Part shown: piece by piece, positions 9,263 to 19,351 of the stretch
Position numbering within the stretch: position 1 is the first letter of the stretch
Layout of the letters: the number at the start of each line of letters is the position of its first letter
From: an uncultured Pseudomonadota bacterium
GTDB lineage: Bacteria; Pseudomonadota; Alphaproteobacteria; Rhizobiales; Xanthobacteraceae
NCBI GenBank assembly: GCA_963773715.1
Contig: CAVZCM010000001.1
Span: 201,676-265,675, forward strand
Length of the DNA: 64,000 nt
Direction of reading: 5' to 3'
Translations under genes and position numbers: made by a program
Notes under the pieces: generated by a model
Told to the model about the DNA's origin: nothing
What the model saw: the letters and a program-made list of their open reading frames with translations, nothing else
Databases searched by the model: none

Positions 9263-10028
9263 GCGCGCTTTCGTGCCAGTGACGCAGCACCAGATGAGAC
9301 AAGGCGGAGAGAGCAAAGAAGATCACGATGCCGGCCACCGCCAGTAGCAACAATGCCGCGAACATGCGCGGGATATTGAGCCGGTAACCGGACTCCGCGA
9401 TGCGGTACGCCAGGCCGGAACCGGCGCCGGCGGAACCGGCGACGATTTCGGCCACCACGGCGCCGATGAGCGAGAGCCCGCCAGCGATGCGCAGCCCCGC
9501 CATCATTTGCGGCAGCGCCGCGGGCAGCTTCAACTGCCAGAGCATCTGCCAGCGCGACGCCTTGTAGAGCCGGAACAGCGCCAGCAGGTTATGATCGACC
9601 GAATTCAGCCCCAGCGTGGTGTTGGCCAGTACCGGAAAGAAGGCGACGATCCAGGCGCAGGCCAGCACCGCCAACTGCTGCGGCAGATAAATCAGCAACA
9701 GCGGCGCGATGGCGACGATGGGCGTCACCTGCAGAATGACCGCGTAAGGATAGAGCGAGTATTCGATCAACCGCGACTGACTGAACAGGATGGCGAGACC
9801 GATGCCGCCAATGGCCGCCAGCACAAAGCCTTCGAAGGTGGTGATCAACGTCACCAGCAGCGACTTGCCCAGCAGCGCGCCGTCGTTGACGAGCGTCGAA
9901 AATACGAGCATCGGTCCCGGCAGAATATAAGGCGGGATCTGGTTCAGGCGCACGACCGCGTCCCACAGCACGACGCCGAGCGCCAGCACCAGTATCGGCA
10001 ATGCGAGGCGGAGCAGTCGATCGCTCAT
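9246..10028 (-). CDS. ABC transporter permease (SsuC/TauC type)
   Basis: MSDRLLRLALP..., ILQVTPIVAIAPLL, EAA-like loop LKLPAALPQMMAGLRIA. Confidence 0.88.
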   Translation of the reverse strand: MSDRLLRLALPILVLALGVVLWDAVVRLNQIPPYILPGPMLVFSTLVNDGALLGKSLLVTLITTFEGFVLAAIGGIGLAILFSQSRLIEYSLYPYAVILQVTPIVAIAPLLLIYLPQQLAVLACAWIVAFFPVLANTTLGLNSVDHNLLALFRLYKASRWQMLWQLKLPAALPQMMAGLRIAGGLSLIGAVVAEIVAGSAGAGSGLAYRIAESGYRLNIPRMFAALLLLAVAGIVIFFALSALSHLVLRHWHESALKREP

Positions 10029-10801
10029 GCCGCGTCCTCCGCCATGGCGCCGCGCAGGGCCTCCGACACCAGTCGGCAAAAGCCGGCATAGTCGGCCGAT
10101 GTACGGAAGTTTTCGTCGCGCGGATACGGCGCAGGAACGGGTATCTCGGCGAACACGCGGCCGGGCCGCGACGTCATCACCACGATGCGCTGCGAGAGAT
10201 AGACCGACTCGAACACCGAATGGGTGACGAAGATCACCGTACGCCTGAGCATCTGCCACAGCGTCAACAAATCGTTATTGAGCCTGAAGCGGGTGATCTC
10301 GTCGAGCGCGGCGAACGGCTCGTCCATCAGCAGGAGCCGCGGCTCGGTCACCAGCGCACGGGCGATCGAGGCGCGCATCCTCATGCCGCCTGAAAGCTCT
10401 CGGGGATAGCCGTTCGCGAATTCGGCGAGGCCGACCCGGTGCAATGCCTGCCGGACCGCAGTGTCTGCGTCGACGCCGTCGGCATGCGTCAATTGGAGTG
10501 GCAACCGTACATTAGCTGCGATCGTCGCCCAGGGCATCAGCGTCGGCTCCTGGAACACGAAACCGATCTTGCCGGCGGCCGCGGCATTTCCGCCCGGCCA
10601 ATCCACCGCGCCTTCGGACGGCTCACTCAGACCCGCGATGATGCGCAATGCCGTCGACTTGCCGCAGCCGGACGGTCCGAGCAGCGAGACGAATTCACCG
10701 TTCCCGATGGTCAGATCAAAACCATCGAGCGCGACGGTGCCGCGCTCGAACGTCTTGCCGACACCACGCAGCGAAACGATCGCGGACGCTTGCCCTGTCA
10801 T
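10025..10801 (-). CDS. ABC transporter ATP-binding protein (SsuB/TauB type)
   Basis: Walker A GPSGCGKST, LSGGM, LLMDEPFAALD. Confidence 0.92.
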   Translation of the reverse strand: MTGQASAIVSLRGVGKTFERGTVALDGFDLTIGNGEFVSLLGPSGCGKSTALRIIAGLSEPSEGAVDWPGGNAAAAGKIGFVFQEPTLMPWATIAANVRLPLQLTHADGVDADTAVRQALHRVGLAEFANGYPRELSGGMRMRASIARALVTEPRLLLMDEPFAALDEITRFRLNNDLLTLWQMLRRTVIFVTHSVFESVYLSQRIVVMTSRPGRVFAEIPVPAPYPRDENFRTSADYAGFCRLVSEALRGAMAEDAA

Positions 10802-11790
10802 TTTGGCCGCAGGTTTACGCCGACGCCCCTGTTCACGAATTTCAGCGTATAGCCGCGCTTGTAATCGAGACCCGGTTTGATGACGCCGGCTTTCACCATC
10901 TTGTCGTGAAAGCTTTTCCAGCGCGCGTCGGTCATGGCGCCAATGCCGAGCCTGATCGTGTCGCCTGAATCGACGATCCCGTATTCCTTCATTTTGGCGA
11001 TTGAATAGGCGAGCAGGTCATCTGTCATGTCCGGGTTGGACTTCTTGATCAGCGCGTTGCCGGGACCGCTGTCGCCATAAAGGTAATTGTACCAGCCGAT
11101 GGCCGAAGCATCGACAAAGCGCTGCACCAGACCGGGGTTTTTCTCCACCAGTTCGCGCCGCGTCTCGATCAGTGTCGAATAGCTGTTGAACCCGTGGTCG
11201 GCGAGCAGGAATACGTTCGGTTTGAACCTGGCCTGCTTTTCGATGGCAAAGGGCTCGGAGGTGACGTAGCCCTGCATGGCAGAGTTCTTGTCGGCGAGGA
11301 AAGGTTGCGGATTGAAGGTATAGGGTTTCACCTTCTCTTCATCAAAGCCGTAGTCCGCCTTCAGCCACTGGAAATAGCTGACGACGCCTTCCTTCGAGAC
11401 GAACAGCGTCAGCTTCTTCAGATCCCCGAATTTCCTGACGTCGGGCCGCGCGATCAGCACCTGCGGGTCCTTCTGGAAGCTCGCGGCCACCGCGATGGTG
11501 GGGATGTTGTTCGCGACCGCGTCAAAGGTCTGCAGCGAATTCGCGCTCATATAAAAGTCGAGCTTCCCGACCGGCAGCAGGATGCGGTTGTTCACGTTCG
11601 GTCCGCCGGAGACGATCTCAACGTCAAGGCCGTGTTTCTTGTAGGTGCCGTCTGCGACCGCCTGGTAGAAGCCGCCGTGCTCGGCTTCCGCCACCCAATT
11701 GGTGCCGAACCGCACCTGGTCGAGCTTCTGCGCCTGCGCGGCGGTCAGGCTCGCGGCCAAGGCCAGCAGTATCACGGCGATTTTTTTCAT
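10798..11790 (-). CDS. ABC transporter substrate-binding protein (NMT1/THI5-like)
   Basis: Signal peptide MKKIAVILLALAASLTAAQA, then FGTNWVAEAEHGGFYQA and QGYVTSEP. Confidence 0.85.
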   Translation of the reverse strand: MKKIAVILLALAASLTAAQAQKLDQVRFGTNWVAEAEHGGFYQAVADGTYKKHGLDVEIVSGGPNVNNRILLPVGKLDFYMSANSLQTFDAVANNIPTIAVAASFQKDPQVLIARPDVRKFGDLKKLTLFVSKEGVVSYFQWLKADYGFDEEKVKPYTFNPQPFLADKNSAMQGYVTSEPFAIEKQARFKPNVFLLADHGFNSYSTLIETRRELVEKNPGLVQRFVDASAIGWYNYLYGDSGPGNALIKKSNPDMTDDLLAYSIAKMKEYGIVDSGDTIRLGIGAMTDARWKSFHDKMVKAGVIKPGLDYKRGYTLKFVNRGVGVNLRPK

Positions 11791-12037
11791 TTTTGGGCCT
11801 TTGAATATGAAACGCGGCATTGTCTCATTGCTGCGGCGCAAACTCCATCCCTTTGGCCGCGATCGGACTGCGGACGACCGGTCTTGTGGGTCCCGGGTCG
11901 CTGGCGCGGCCGGAATTCCCAACCGCGACCGCCCCGGAACGGGTCCCGAAAAATCTTTGAACCTTTCCCAGGGCCGCCACGACCCATGGATATCGCGGCC
12001 AGGCATCGCCGCCTCGTTTTACCGGATGGAGCAGACC

Positions 12038-12304
12038 ATGACCAAGTCCAGGATCATCGCCGCGACCCTCGCCGCCGTCACCGTCGCCGGTGCCGTCATC
12101 AGCACCAGCGCCCCCGCGGAGGCCCGTCATCGCCATCATCACTTCGGCCCCGCTTTCGGTATCGGGCTCGCCATCGGCACCGTCGCCGCCGCCGCGGCCG
12201 CCTCCAACGCCTACTACGCCGAGCCGGTCTACGAGTGCCGCTACGTGAAGCGCTACAACCGTTGGGGCGAACGCCGCATCGTCAAGGTGTGCGAGCGCTT
12301 CTGA
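12038..12304 (+). CDS. Small exported Gly/Ala/His-rich protein (88 aa) with a C-terminal two-Cys motif
   Basis: GGAG RBS; signal-like MTKSRIIAATLAAVTVAGAV...AEA; HRHHHFGPAFGIGLAIG; YECRYVKRYNRWG...KVC. Followed by a terminator. Confidence 0.75.
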   Translation: MTKSRIIAATLAAVTVAGAVISTSAPAEARHRHHHFGPAFGIGLAIGTVAAAAAASNAYYAEPVYECRYVKRYNRWGERRIVKVCERF

Positions 12305-12365
12305 TCCGCGAGTTTTCCTTTCGATCGGCGCCCGCCCCCCGTCCATCCCCCGCGCCGATCCTCAA

Positions 12366-12403
12366 GACCCGCCCGGTGTCCCCGACCGGGCGGGTCGCTT
12401 TTT
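12366..12403 (+). terminator. Rho-independent terminator
   Basis: GACCCGCCCGGT/ACCGGGCGGGTC 12-bp stem followed by GCTTTTT, between convergent genes. Confidence 0.7.
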
Positions 12404-12407
12404 CAGG

Positions 12408-15365
12408 TCAGGCGGAGGCGTCCAGGCTCATCGCCAGCACCCGCGCCACATGGAGCGCGGCGCGGTTCGTGCCGTCGTGGATCTGGTGGCGACAGGAGGT
12501 GCCATCGGCGACGATCAGGGCATCGGCCGGCGCCTTGCGCACCGCCGGCAGTAGCGACAGTTCGCCCATCCTGAGCGAGACGTCGATGGTGTCGGCGTCG
12601 TAGCCGAACGATCCGGCCATGCCGCAGCAACTCGATTCCACCGTTTCGACCGAAAGCCGAGGCACTGCCTTGAGCACACTTTCCACCGCCCCCATGGCGG
12701 CAAAGGCCTTCTGGTGGCAGTGCCCGTGCAGCAGCGCTTTCGTCGGCAGAGGCCCGAGCGGTAGCCGCAGACGACCCTCTTTCTGCTCGCGCGCGAGGAA
12801 TTCCTCCATAAGCAGGGCGTTGGCGCTCAACGCGTCGACCGCAGCGCCTTTCATCAGGGCCTGCAATTCGTCGCGGAAGGTGAAAAGACAGCTCGGCTCA
12901 AGGCCGAGCACCGGCATGCCCTGCGCGACATAAGGCGCGAGCGCATCGACCGTACGCTGCATCTCGCGCCGTGCTTCGTCGATCAGCCCGGCCGAGAGAA
13001 ACGTGCGGCCGCAACAGAGCGGACGTTCGTCGCCATCCACCGGCAAGGCGGCATGAACGCGATAGCCGCCGGCAGTGAGCACGCGCAAGCCTGCGTCGAG
13101 GTTCTCGCGCTCGAAATAGCGGTTGAAGGTGTCGGCGAACAGCACCACCTCGCGCCGCGATTCTTTCGGCGCATCTTCCGTCCCGACGCGATAGCGCCAG
13201 TCGGAGCGGTCGCGATAGATGTCTGCGCGCCATTTCGGCAGGCTGCGCCGCGTCGAAAAGCCGGCGAAGGATTGCGACGCGCGGCGCAGGAACGGACTTT
13301 CGTCGCGCAGGTTGGCGAGCGTCGTGTGCCGCGCCGCCCACGGCGCGTAGCGCGGCAGATAGCCCACCAGCCGGTCGTGCAGCGAGAGACCCGTCTTCCT
13401 GACGCGCGCAGCCTGCACCTCGATCTTCATGCGCGCCATGTCGACGCCGGTCGGGCATTCGCGCCGGCAGGCCTTGCAGGAGACGCACAGCTTGAGCGTC
13501 TCCATCATTTCCGGTGACGTCAGCGCATCCGGACCGAGTTGACCCGAGATCGCCAGCCGCAGCGTGTTGGCGCGGCCGCGGGTGACGTCGCGCTCGTCGC
13601 GGGTGACGCGGTAGCTCGGGCACATGACGCCGCCGGCAAGCTTGCGGCACGCACCGTTATTGTTGCACATCTCGACCGCGCCCTGAAAACCGCCACCCGA
13701 GCCGGGCCAGGCCGACCAGTCGAGTCGCGTGTTGATATCCTCGCCGTGGTAGCCGGGCGCGTAGCGAAACAGGCTGCGGTCGTCGAACTTCGGGGACCGT
13801 ACCACCTTGCCGGGATTGTAGAGCCCGTTCGGATCGAAACGGTCCTTCACCTCCTCGAAGGCGCGCGCGAGCCTTGAGCCAAACATCGGCTCGTTGAATT
13901 CGGAACGCACCAGCCCGTCGCCGTGTTCGCCGGAGTGCGAGCCCTTGTATTCGCGCACCATGGCAAATGCCTCTTCGGCGATTTCGCGCATGGCGGTGAC
14001 GTCCTTGTCCTGGCGCAGGTTCAGGACCGGTCGCACGTGCAGGCAGCCGGAGCCGGCGTGCGCGTACCAGGTACCGCGGGTGCCGTGCCTTTCGAAGATG
14101 GCGCTCAGCCGCGAGGTGTAGTCGGCGAGATGTTCGAGCGGCACCGCGCAGTCCTCGACGAAGGAGACCGGCTTCCCTTGCGCCTTCATCGACATCATGA
14201 TGTTGAGGCCCGAGGTGCGCACGTCGGTGATCGCCGCCTGCAGGTCGGGATTGAGCACCTCGACCACGCCGCCCCACCTGGCGCCGCTGTTGTCCCAGCC
14301 AAATCCGAGGTCGCCGATCAACTCCTTGAGCCGGAGCAGACGGCGCAGGTTTTCTTCGGGATTTTCCTCGCCGAACTCGACCAGCAGAATCGCTTCCGGC
14401 AGATCGCGTACGAATTTTTCAAGCGTCGGGCGGAATATCGGGATCTCTCGCGCGAGCTCGATCATGGTGCGGTCGATGAGCTCGACGCCGATGGGCTGGA
14501 GCCGTACGATCGCCTGCGCGGCGTTCATGGCTTCATAAAAGCTGCCGAAATGCACCGCGCCCACCGCGCGGCGGCCGAGCAGCGGCGAAAGCTTCAGTTC
14601 GATGCGGGTGGAGAACGCCAGCGTGCCCTCGCCGCCAACCAGCAGGTGGGCGAGGTTGACGTCGTTCCTGCCGGGCACCAGCGCATCGAGATTGTAGCCG
14701 CCGACCCGCCGTTGCAGCTTGGGAAAGCGCGCCTCGATCTCCTCGGCCTCGCGCGCGCCAATCGCCAGCAGGTCTTTCGCCAGCGGCCTGATCGGCGCCG
14801 GCACGTCGTTGATGTTGCCGCCGATCTGGCCGAAATGACCGAGCGTGCCATCGGCGAGGATCGCCTCGATGGAGATCACGTTGTCGCGCATGGTGCCGTA
14901 GCGCAGGGACCGGCCGCCGCACGAATTGTTGCCGGCCATGCCGCCGATTGTGGCGCGCGATGCGGTGGAGATGTCGACCGGAAACCAGAGGCCGTGGGCT
15001 TTAAGCTGGCGGTTGAGATCGTCGAGCACGATGCCCGGTTCGACCGTGCAGCGCCGGCGCCTGACGTCGAGATCAAGGATGCGGGTGAGGTATTTCGAGC
15101 AGTCGACCACCAGCGACTCGCCCACGGTCTGCCCCGCCTGTGACGTCCCGCCGCCGCGGGCGAGCACTGTCACACCCTCGGCTCTGGCAACGGCTATCGC
15201 CCGATCGGCTTCCTCGATCGTGCGCGGGGCGACCACGCCCAGTGGCATGATTTGGTAATGGGAGGCATCAGTGGCGTAACGGCCCCGGGTATAGCGGTCA
15301 AACCGCACATCGCCGGTCAACTCGGCCTTTAGCCGCCGTTCCAGGCCGGGCCTCAACGTCGCCAC
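12408..15365 (-). CDS. FAD-binding and (4Fe-4S)-binding oxidoreductase (GlcD/GlcF fusion, YdiJ-like 2-hydroxyacid dehydrogenase)
   Basis: RGGGTSQAGQ, ATIGGMAGNNSCG, SGEHGDG, CNNNGAC, CVSCKACRRECP and C-terminal CCG domains. Confidence 0.9.
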   Translation of the reverse strand: MATLRPGLERRLKAELTGDVRFDRYTRGRYATDASHYQIMPLGVVAPRTIEEADRAIAVARAEGVTVLARGGGTSQAGQTVGESLVVDCSKYLTRILDLDVRRRRCTVEPGIVLDDLNRQLKAHGLWFPVDISTASRATIGGMAGNNSCGGRSLRYGTMRDNVISIEAILADGTLGHFGQIGGNINDVPAPIRPLAKDLLAIGAREAEEIEARFPKLQRRVGGYNLDALVPGRNDVNLAHLLVGGEGTLAFSTRIELKLSPLLGRRAVGAVHFGSFYEAMNAAQAIVRLQPIGVELIDRTMIELAREIPIFRPTLEKFVRDLPEAILLVEFGEENPEENLRRLLRLKELIGDLGFGWDNSGARWGGVVEVLNPDLQAAITDVRTSGLNIMMSMKAQGKPVSFVEDCAVPLEHLADYTSRLSAIFERHGTRGTWYAHAGSGCLHVRPVLNLRQDKDVTAMREIAEEAFAMVREYKGSHSGEHGDGLVRSEFNEPMFGSRLARAFEEVKDRFDPNGLYNPGKVVRSPKFDDRSLFRYAPGYHGEDINTRLDWSAWPGSGGGFQGAVEMCNNNGACRKLAGGVMCPSYRVTRDERDVTRGRANTLRLAISGQLGPDALTSPEMMETLKLCVSCKACRRECPTGVDMARMKIEVQAARVRKTGLSLHDRLVGYLPRYAPWAARHTTLANLRDESPFLRRASQSFAGFSTRRSLPKWRADIYRDRSDWRYRVGTEDAPKESRREVVLFADTFNRYFERENLDAGLRVLTAGGYRVHAALPVDGDERPLCCGRTFLSAGLIDEARREMQRTVDALAPYVAQGMPVLGLEPSCLFTFRDELQALMKGAAVDALSANALLMEEFLAREQKEGRLRLPLGPLPTKALLHGHCHQKAFAAMGAVESVLKAVPRLSVETVESSCCGMAGSFGYDADTIDVSLRMGELSLLPAVRKAPADALIVADGTSCRHQIHDGTNRAALHVARVLAMSLDASA

Positions 15366-15542
15366 GGCTCGCTTCCCAGTTGGGCTTTGGTAAGCCTATG
15401 CATTCAGGGCGGATTCACGTTGCGGGAAATTGCTTGACCGCAATGTCGCATTCATAGTTCAACGCCACAAGCACCGGCCCTGGCCGGGAGGTGCCGTGGT
15501 TTAGCCTCAAACCCCTAAAATGCCTGTTCAGGAGCGTCTTCT

Positions 15543-16751
15543 ATGGCTCAGAATTCGTCGCGTCAGGTCGGACGTCATTTTCTGCACATTCCGGGACCGA
15601 CCCCGATCCCCGACCGCATCCTGCGGGCGATGGATACCCCCATCATCGACCATCGCGGTCCGGAATTCGCCAAGCTGACCAAGCGGGCGCTCGAAGGCAT
15701 CAAGACCATCTTCAAGACCACCAATCCGGTGATCATCTACACGGCAACCGGCACCGGCGCCTGGGAAGCGGCCCTGACCAACACGTTGTCGCCCGGCGAC
15801 AAGGTGCTGATGTTCGAAACCGGCCAGTTCGCCACGTTGTGGAAGAAGATGGCCGAGCGCATCGGTCTTGAGCCGGTCTTCATCCCGACCGACTGGCGCC
15901 AGGGCCTCGAACCCAAGGCAATCGAAGCCAGGCTGCGTGAGGACAAGAACAAGGAGATCAAGGCGGTCTGCGTCCTGCACAACGAGACCTCGACCGGCGC
16001 GCTGGCGCCGATCGCCGAGATCCGCAAGGCGATCGACGCGGCCGGTCACCCGGCGCTCTTCATGGTCGATACCATCTCCTCGCTCGCTTCGGCCGACTAC
16101 CGGCATGATGAATGGGGCGTGGACGTTACGGTCGGTGGCGCGCAGAAGGGCCTGATGCTGCCGCCGGGCATGTCGTTCAACGCGATCAGCGACAAGGCGC
16201 TGGCGGCCAACAAGACCGCGAAGATGCCGAAGTCGTTCTTCGCGTGGGACGAGATGATGAACATGAACAAGCTCGGCTTCTTCCCCTACACGCCGGCCAC
16301 GCAGATGATCCACGGCCTTGTTGCCGGGATCGAGATGCTGCACGAGGAAGGCCTCGACAACGTGTTCGCGCGTCATGACCGGCTGGCGGAGGCCACCCGG
16401 CGCGCCATCAAGGCGTGGGGCCTTGAGAACCTGAACAGGAACGCCAGCCAGGTATCACCGACCATCACCGCGGTGCTGCTGCCGGAAGGTCATGACGCCG
16501 ACAAGTTCCGCGCCTTTGCGCTCGAGACCTTCAATATCTCCTATGGGTCGAGCTTCGGCCAGTACGCGGGCAAGTACTTCCGTATCGGCCATCTCGGCGA
16601 CATCAACGACGGCGCGCTCGTCGGCGCCCTCGGCATCACCGAAATGGCGCTGCAGCTGTTCGGCGTGCCGATCAAGAAAGGCGGCGTGCAGGCGGCGATG
16701 GACTACCTCACCGCCGAACTCGGCAGCGCCACCAGGAAGGCGGCCGAGTAG
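15543..16751 (+). CDS. sgaA: Class-V PLP aminotransferase, serine-glyoxylate aminotransferase-like
   Basis: HFLHIPGPT, HNETSTG, VDTISS, GAQKGLMLPPG (PLP Lys), FRIGHLG. Confidence 0.8.
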   Translation: MAQNSSRQVGRHFLHIPGPTPIPDRILRAMDTPIIDHRGPEFAKLTKRALEGIKTIFKTTNPVIIYTATGTGAWEAALTNTLSPGDKVLMFETGQFATLWKKMAERIGLEPVFIPTDWRQGLEPKAIEARLREDKNKEIKAVCVLHNETSTGALAPIAEIRKAIDAAGHPALFMVDTISSLASADYRHDEWGVDVTVGGAQKGLMLPPGMSFNAISDKALAANKTAKMPKSFFAWDEMMNMNKLGFFPYTPATQMIHGLVAGIEMLHEEGLDNVFARHDRLAEATRRAIKAWGLENLNRNASQVSPTITAVLLPEGHDADKFRAFALETFNISYGSSFGQYAGKYFRIGHLGDINDGALVGALGITEMALQLFGVPIKKGGVQAAMDYLTAELGSATRKAAE

Positions 16752-16775
16752 GCTTTCGCACTGTTGCGATGAACC

Positions 16776-16809
16776 GGAATGGCCGGCGCAATCGCCGGCC
16801 ATTCCGTTT
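16776..16809. terminator. Hairpin/terminator between convergent genes
   Basis: GGAATGGCCGGCG-caat-CGCCGGCCATTCC, a 13-bp perfect stem. Confidence 0.65.
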
Positions 16810-16816
16810 CCGGACG

Positions 16817-17821
16817 CTAGGCGGAAGCGGGCGACCCCCGATCCGCGGCTGCCGGGTTTGCGTCCAGCTTTCCTCCGATCCCGAACATCTCCTTTGCAAA
16901 CGCAATCCGTTCCGCGCGCGGCAGGCTGCCGGCGTCGGCGCGATCGACCGCTTCGAGCCGTGCACCGAGGCCCGCCCTGTTGGCGATCTGAATGTTGAGG
17001 CCCGGCCGCGCATTGAGCTCGAGCATCAGCGGGCCCCTGGTGCGGTCGAGCACCAGGTCAACACCGACATAGCCCAGGTTGGTCATTTCGTTGCAGCCGG
17101 CGGCAATGTCGAGCATGCGGTCAAACAACGGGATCTGCACACCGGTGACATCCGCAAGCGAGTCCGGATGCTGCTTGACCACGCTGTTGCGCCATACCGC
17201 TGTGAGCGTGCGGCCGGTCACCAGATCAATGCCGGCGCCGATTGCGCCCTGATGCAGGTTGGCCTTGCCTTCGGACGCGGTGGTCGGAAGCCGCACCATG
17301 CCCATCACGGGTACGCCCTTGTAGGCGATGAGCCGGATGTCCGGCACGCCGAGATGGGTGATGCTGTCGAAAACGCGATCGAATTCGACGCAATATTCGA
17401 CGATGACGTGGTCGTCCTGGCCACCCAGGCTGTAGATTCCGCTGAGCATGTTCTGCATGTGGAACCTGAGATCGTACCATGTCATCACGCGGTGGCTGGC
17501 CAGGCGCAGGTTGTCGCCGATGCGCCCCTTGATGACCAGAATGCCATTGCCGCCGCTGCCGTTGGCCGGCTTGACCACGAAGCTTTGGTATTTGTCCAGC
17601 TTCTCACGCGCGTGGCGGACGTCCGCGCTCACATCAAAGGTCGCGTAAAGCTCGGGCGTCGCCAGGCCGGCCTTGTTCGCCAGCTGCTTGGTGAGCAGCT
17701 TGTCGTCAACCAGCGGATAGAACTTGCGGGCATTGACCTGCGAGATGTAGTCGCCGTTGCGGCCGTTCATGCCGAGCAGGCCGAACTCGCGCAGCCGACG
17801 GGCGACAGCTAACAGATTCAT
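16817..17821 (-). CDS. Alpha-L-glutamate ligase-like ATP-grasp protein (RimK-related)
   Basis: LGMNGRNGDYI...NARKFYPLVDDKLLTK, VVKPANGSGGNGI, GVPDIR, ANLHQGAIGAGIDL, LELNARPGLNIQIAN. Confidence 0.9.
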   Translation of the reverse strand: MNLLAVARRLREFGLLGMNGRNGDYISQVNARKFYPLVDDKLLTKQLANKAGLATPELYATFDVSADVRHAREKLDKYQSFVVKPANGSGGNGILVIKGRIGDNLRLASHRVMTWYDLRFHMQNMLSGIYSLGGQDDHVIVEYCVEFDRVFDSITHLGVPDIRLIAYKGVPVMGMVRLPTTASEGKANLHQGAIGAGIDLVTGRTLTAVWRNSVVKQHPDSLADVTGVQIPLFDRMLDIAAGCNEMTNLGYVGVDLVLDRTRGPLMLELNARPGLNIQIANRAGLGARLEAVDRADAGSLPRAERIAFAKEMFGIGGKLDANPAAADRGSPASA

Positions 17822-19347
17822 GGCTGCCGCTCCGCCAGCACCCTGAAGCGTACCAGTTCACTCAGGCGATACCCGGTGTAACGCCCGATCAACAGGGTCA
17901 GCGCCGCCAGCACCAGGATCAGCTCGGGGAACGAGAAGAATATGTGCTGTACGGGCTCTGCCGAGATGACGAGATAACAGACCGACGCAATGACCAGGCT
18001 CATCACCGCCTGTTTGATCGCCGCCGCCGGCCCGCTTTCGTCCCACAACACCGAGATGCGCTCGATGGTCATCGTGAGAATGACCAGGGGGAACAACGCA
18101 ATCGACAGGCCGGGCGTAAAATTGAGCTTGTCGGACAGCACCGTCAGAACGGCCATGAACAGGATAACGAACATCACGATGGCGCCAAGACGGGCGACCA
18201 GCAGCAGCTTGAGATGGTCGAAATAGAGCCGCACCAGCAGGCCACCGGACAGCACCGCCGTGAACAGCACCAGGCCCCAGAACAGATGCGTTTCGCGGAA
18301 GGCAAGCGCGATCAGCACCGGCATGAAGGTACCGACTCCGCGCAGACCGATGATGTTACGCAACACCACCAGCATCAGGATGCCGATGGGCAGCGTCATG
18401 ATCACGTGGAAGCCTTCCCGCTGCGGCGCCGGCAGCGCGTAAAGCGAATAGGTCGTCAGAAACGAATTCCTCACCTTGCCAAGCGACAGGGCCTGCCGCA
18501 GCACAGATTCATCCACGCGGGTAACGCTGATGCGGCGGCTGTCGAGTTTGCCGCCCGCGACCTTGGCGAACGGCTCGTCGCCCCGCCACCAGGCGTACCA
18601 GGTGCGCGGGATACGCGGCTGACCGGTGGCAACCGAGAACCATAGCCAGCGATCCTTGATGTAGACTTCGAGCCAGACCTTTTCATCGGCCTTGATGCCC
18701 GGCGTTGTCAGATCGATGCCATGCACAGGCCGCGCAATCAGGCCGTTAACCCGCAGGATCTGGGTAGCAAGCGAGGCTATCCTGCCTTGCGAACGGTTGT
18801 CGCCGAGCAGGAAGCGCACACTCTCCGGCCGGTCGGGCGTCGTCAGGTCGCGCAGGATCACGGATACCAGGCTGACGTCGTCGGCCGATTTGGCGTGGGC
18901 CGCGGCGTAGATACTGCGGGCAATGGTCTGCGCGGACGAACTCAGCGTGACCGGCTGCGCGACCGGCGGCGCCGGTTTTTCCTGCGCGGGACGGCCTTGT
19001 GTCCGATGCAGCAGGAAACGCTGTCGCACCACCATCACGCCGGTGGCGTCGCGCGCGGTCAGGTTGAGGCGGCGATTGGTGCCTTCCGGTTCGATGGTGA
19101 TGCCGAAATTGGGCGCCGCCACGCGTTCATTGAGCACGCCGATGTCGCGCGAGGCTTCCGGCACGAAGAGCGACACCTTGAGCGGGCCGCCATTGGCGGT
19201 CACGCGGACCTCGGTTTCTACCTCCCAGGCGGTGGATACCTGACGCGCCTGCAACGGCATGCCGGCCACCAGTACCTTGTAGGCGAACAGGCCGATACCG
19301 ATGGCAGCCAGCACCGCGGCAAGAATGTAGACATGCAGATTGCGCAT
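17818..19347 (-). CDS. Inactive transglutaminase domain + 7TM membrane protein
   Basis: N-terminal TM, soluble domain with WLEVYIKDRWLWF (transglutaminase-like fold with no catalytic Cys seen), then a multi-TM C-terminus (RNIIGLRG.GTFMPVLIALAF, FPLVILTMTIER, LLIGRYTGYRLSELVRF). Overlaps the next gene by 4 bp. Confidence 0.85.
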   Translation of the reverse strand: MRNLHVYILAAVLAAIGIGLFAYKVLVAGMPLQARQVSTAWEVETEVRVTANGGPLKVSLFVPEASRDIGVLNERVAAPNFGITIEPEGTNRRLNLTARDATGVMVVRQRFLLHRTQGRPAQEKPAPPVAQPVTLSSSAQTIARSIYAAAHAKSADDVSLVSVILRDLTTPDRPESVRFLLGDNRSQGRIASLATQILRVNGLIARPVHGIDLTTPGIKADEKVWLEVYIKDRWLWFSVATGQPRIPRTWYAWWRGDEPFAKVAGGKLDSRRISVTRVDESVLRQALSLGKVRNSFLTTYSLYALPAPQREGFHVIMTLPIGILMLVVLRNIIGLRGVGTFMPVLIALAFRETHLFWGLVLFTAVLSGGLLVRLYFDHLKLLLVARLGAIVMFVILFMAVLTVLSDKLNFTPGLSIALFPLVILTMTIERISVLWDESGPAAAIKQAVMSLVIASVCYLVISAEPVQHIFFSFPELILVLAALTLLIGRYTGYRLSELVRFRVLAERQP

Positions 19348-19351
19348 TGTG

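Noticed and set aside
11791-12030. Possible TPP/FMN riboswitch upstream of the NMT1-like ABC operon
   Set aside because: No CTGAGA/GAACCTGA (TPP) or AGGGCGGGGTG (FMN) cores on the minus strand.
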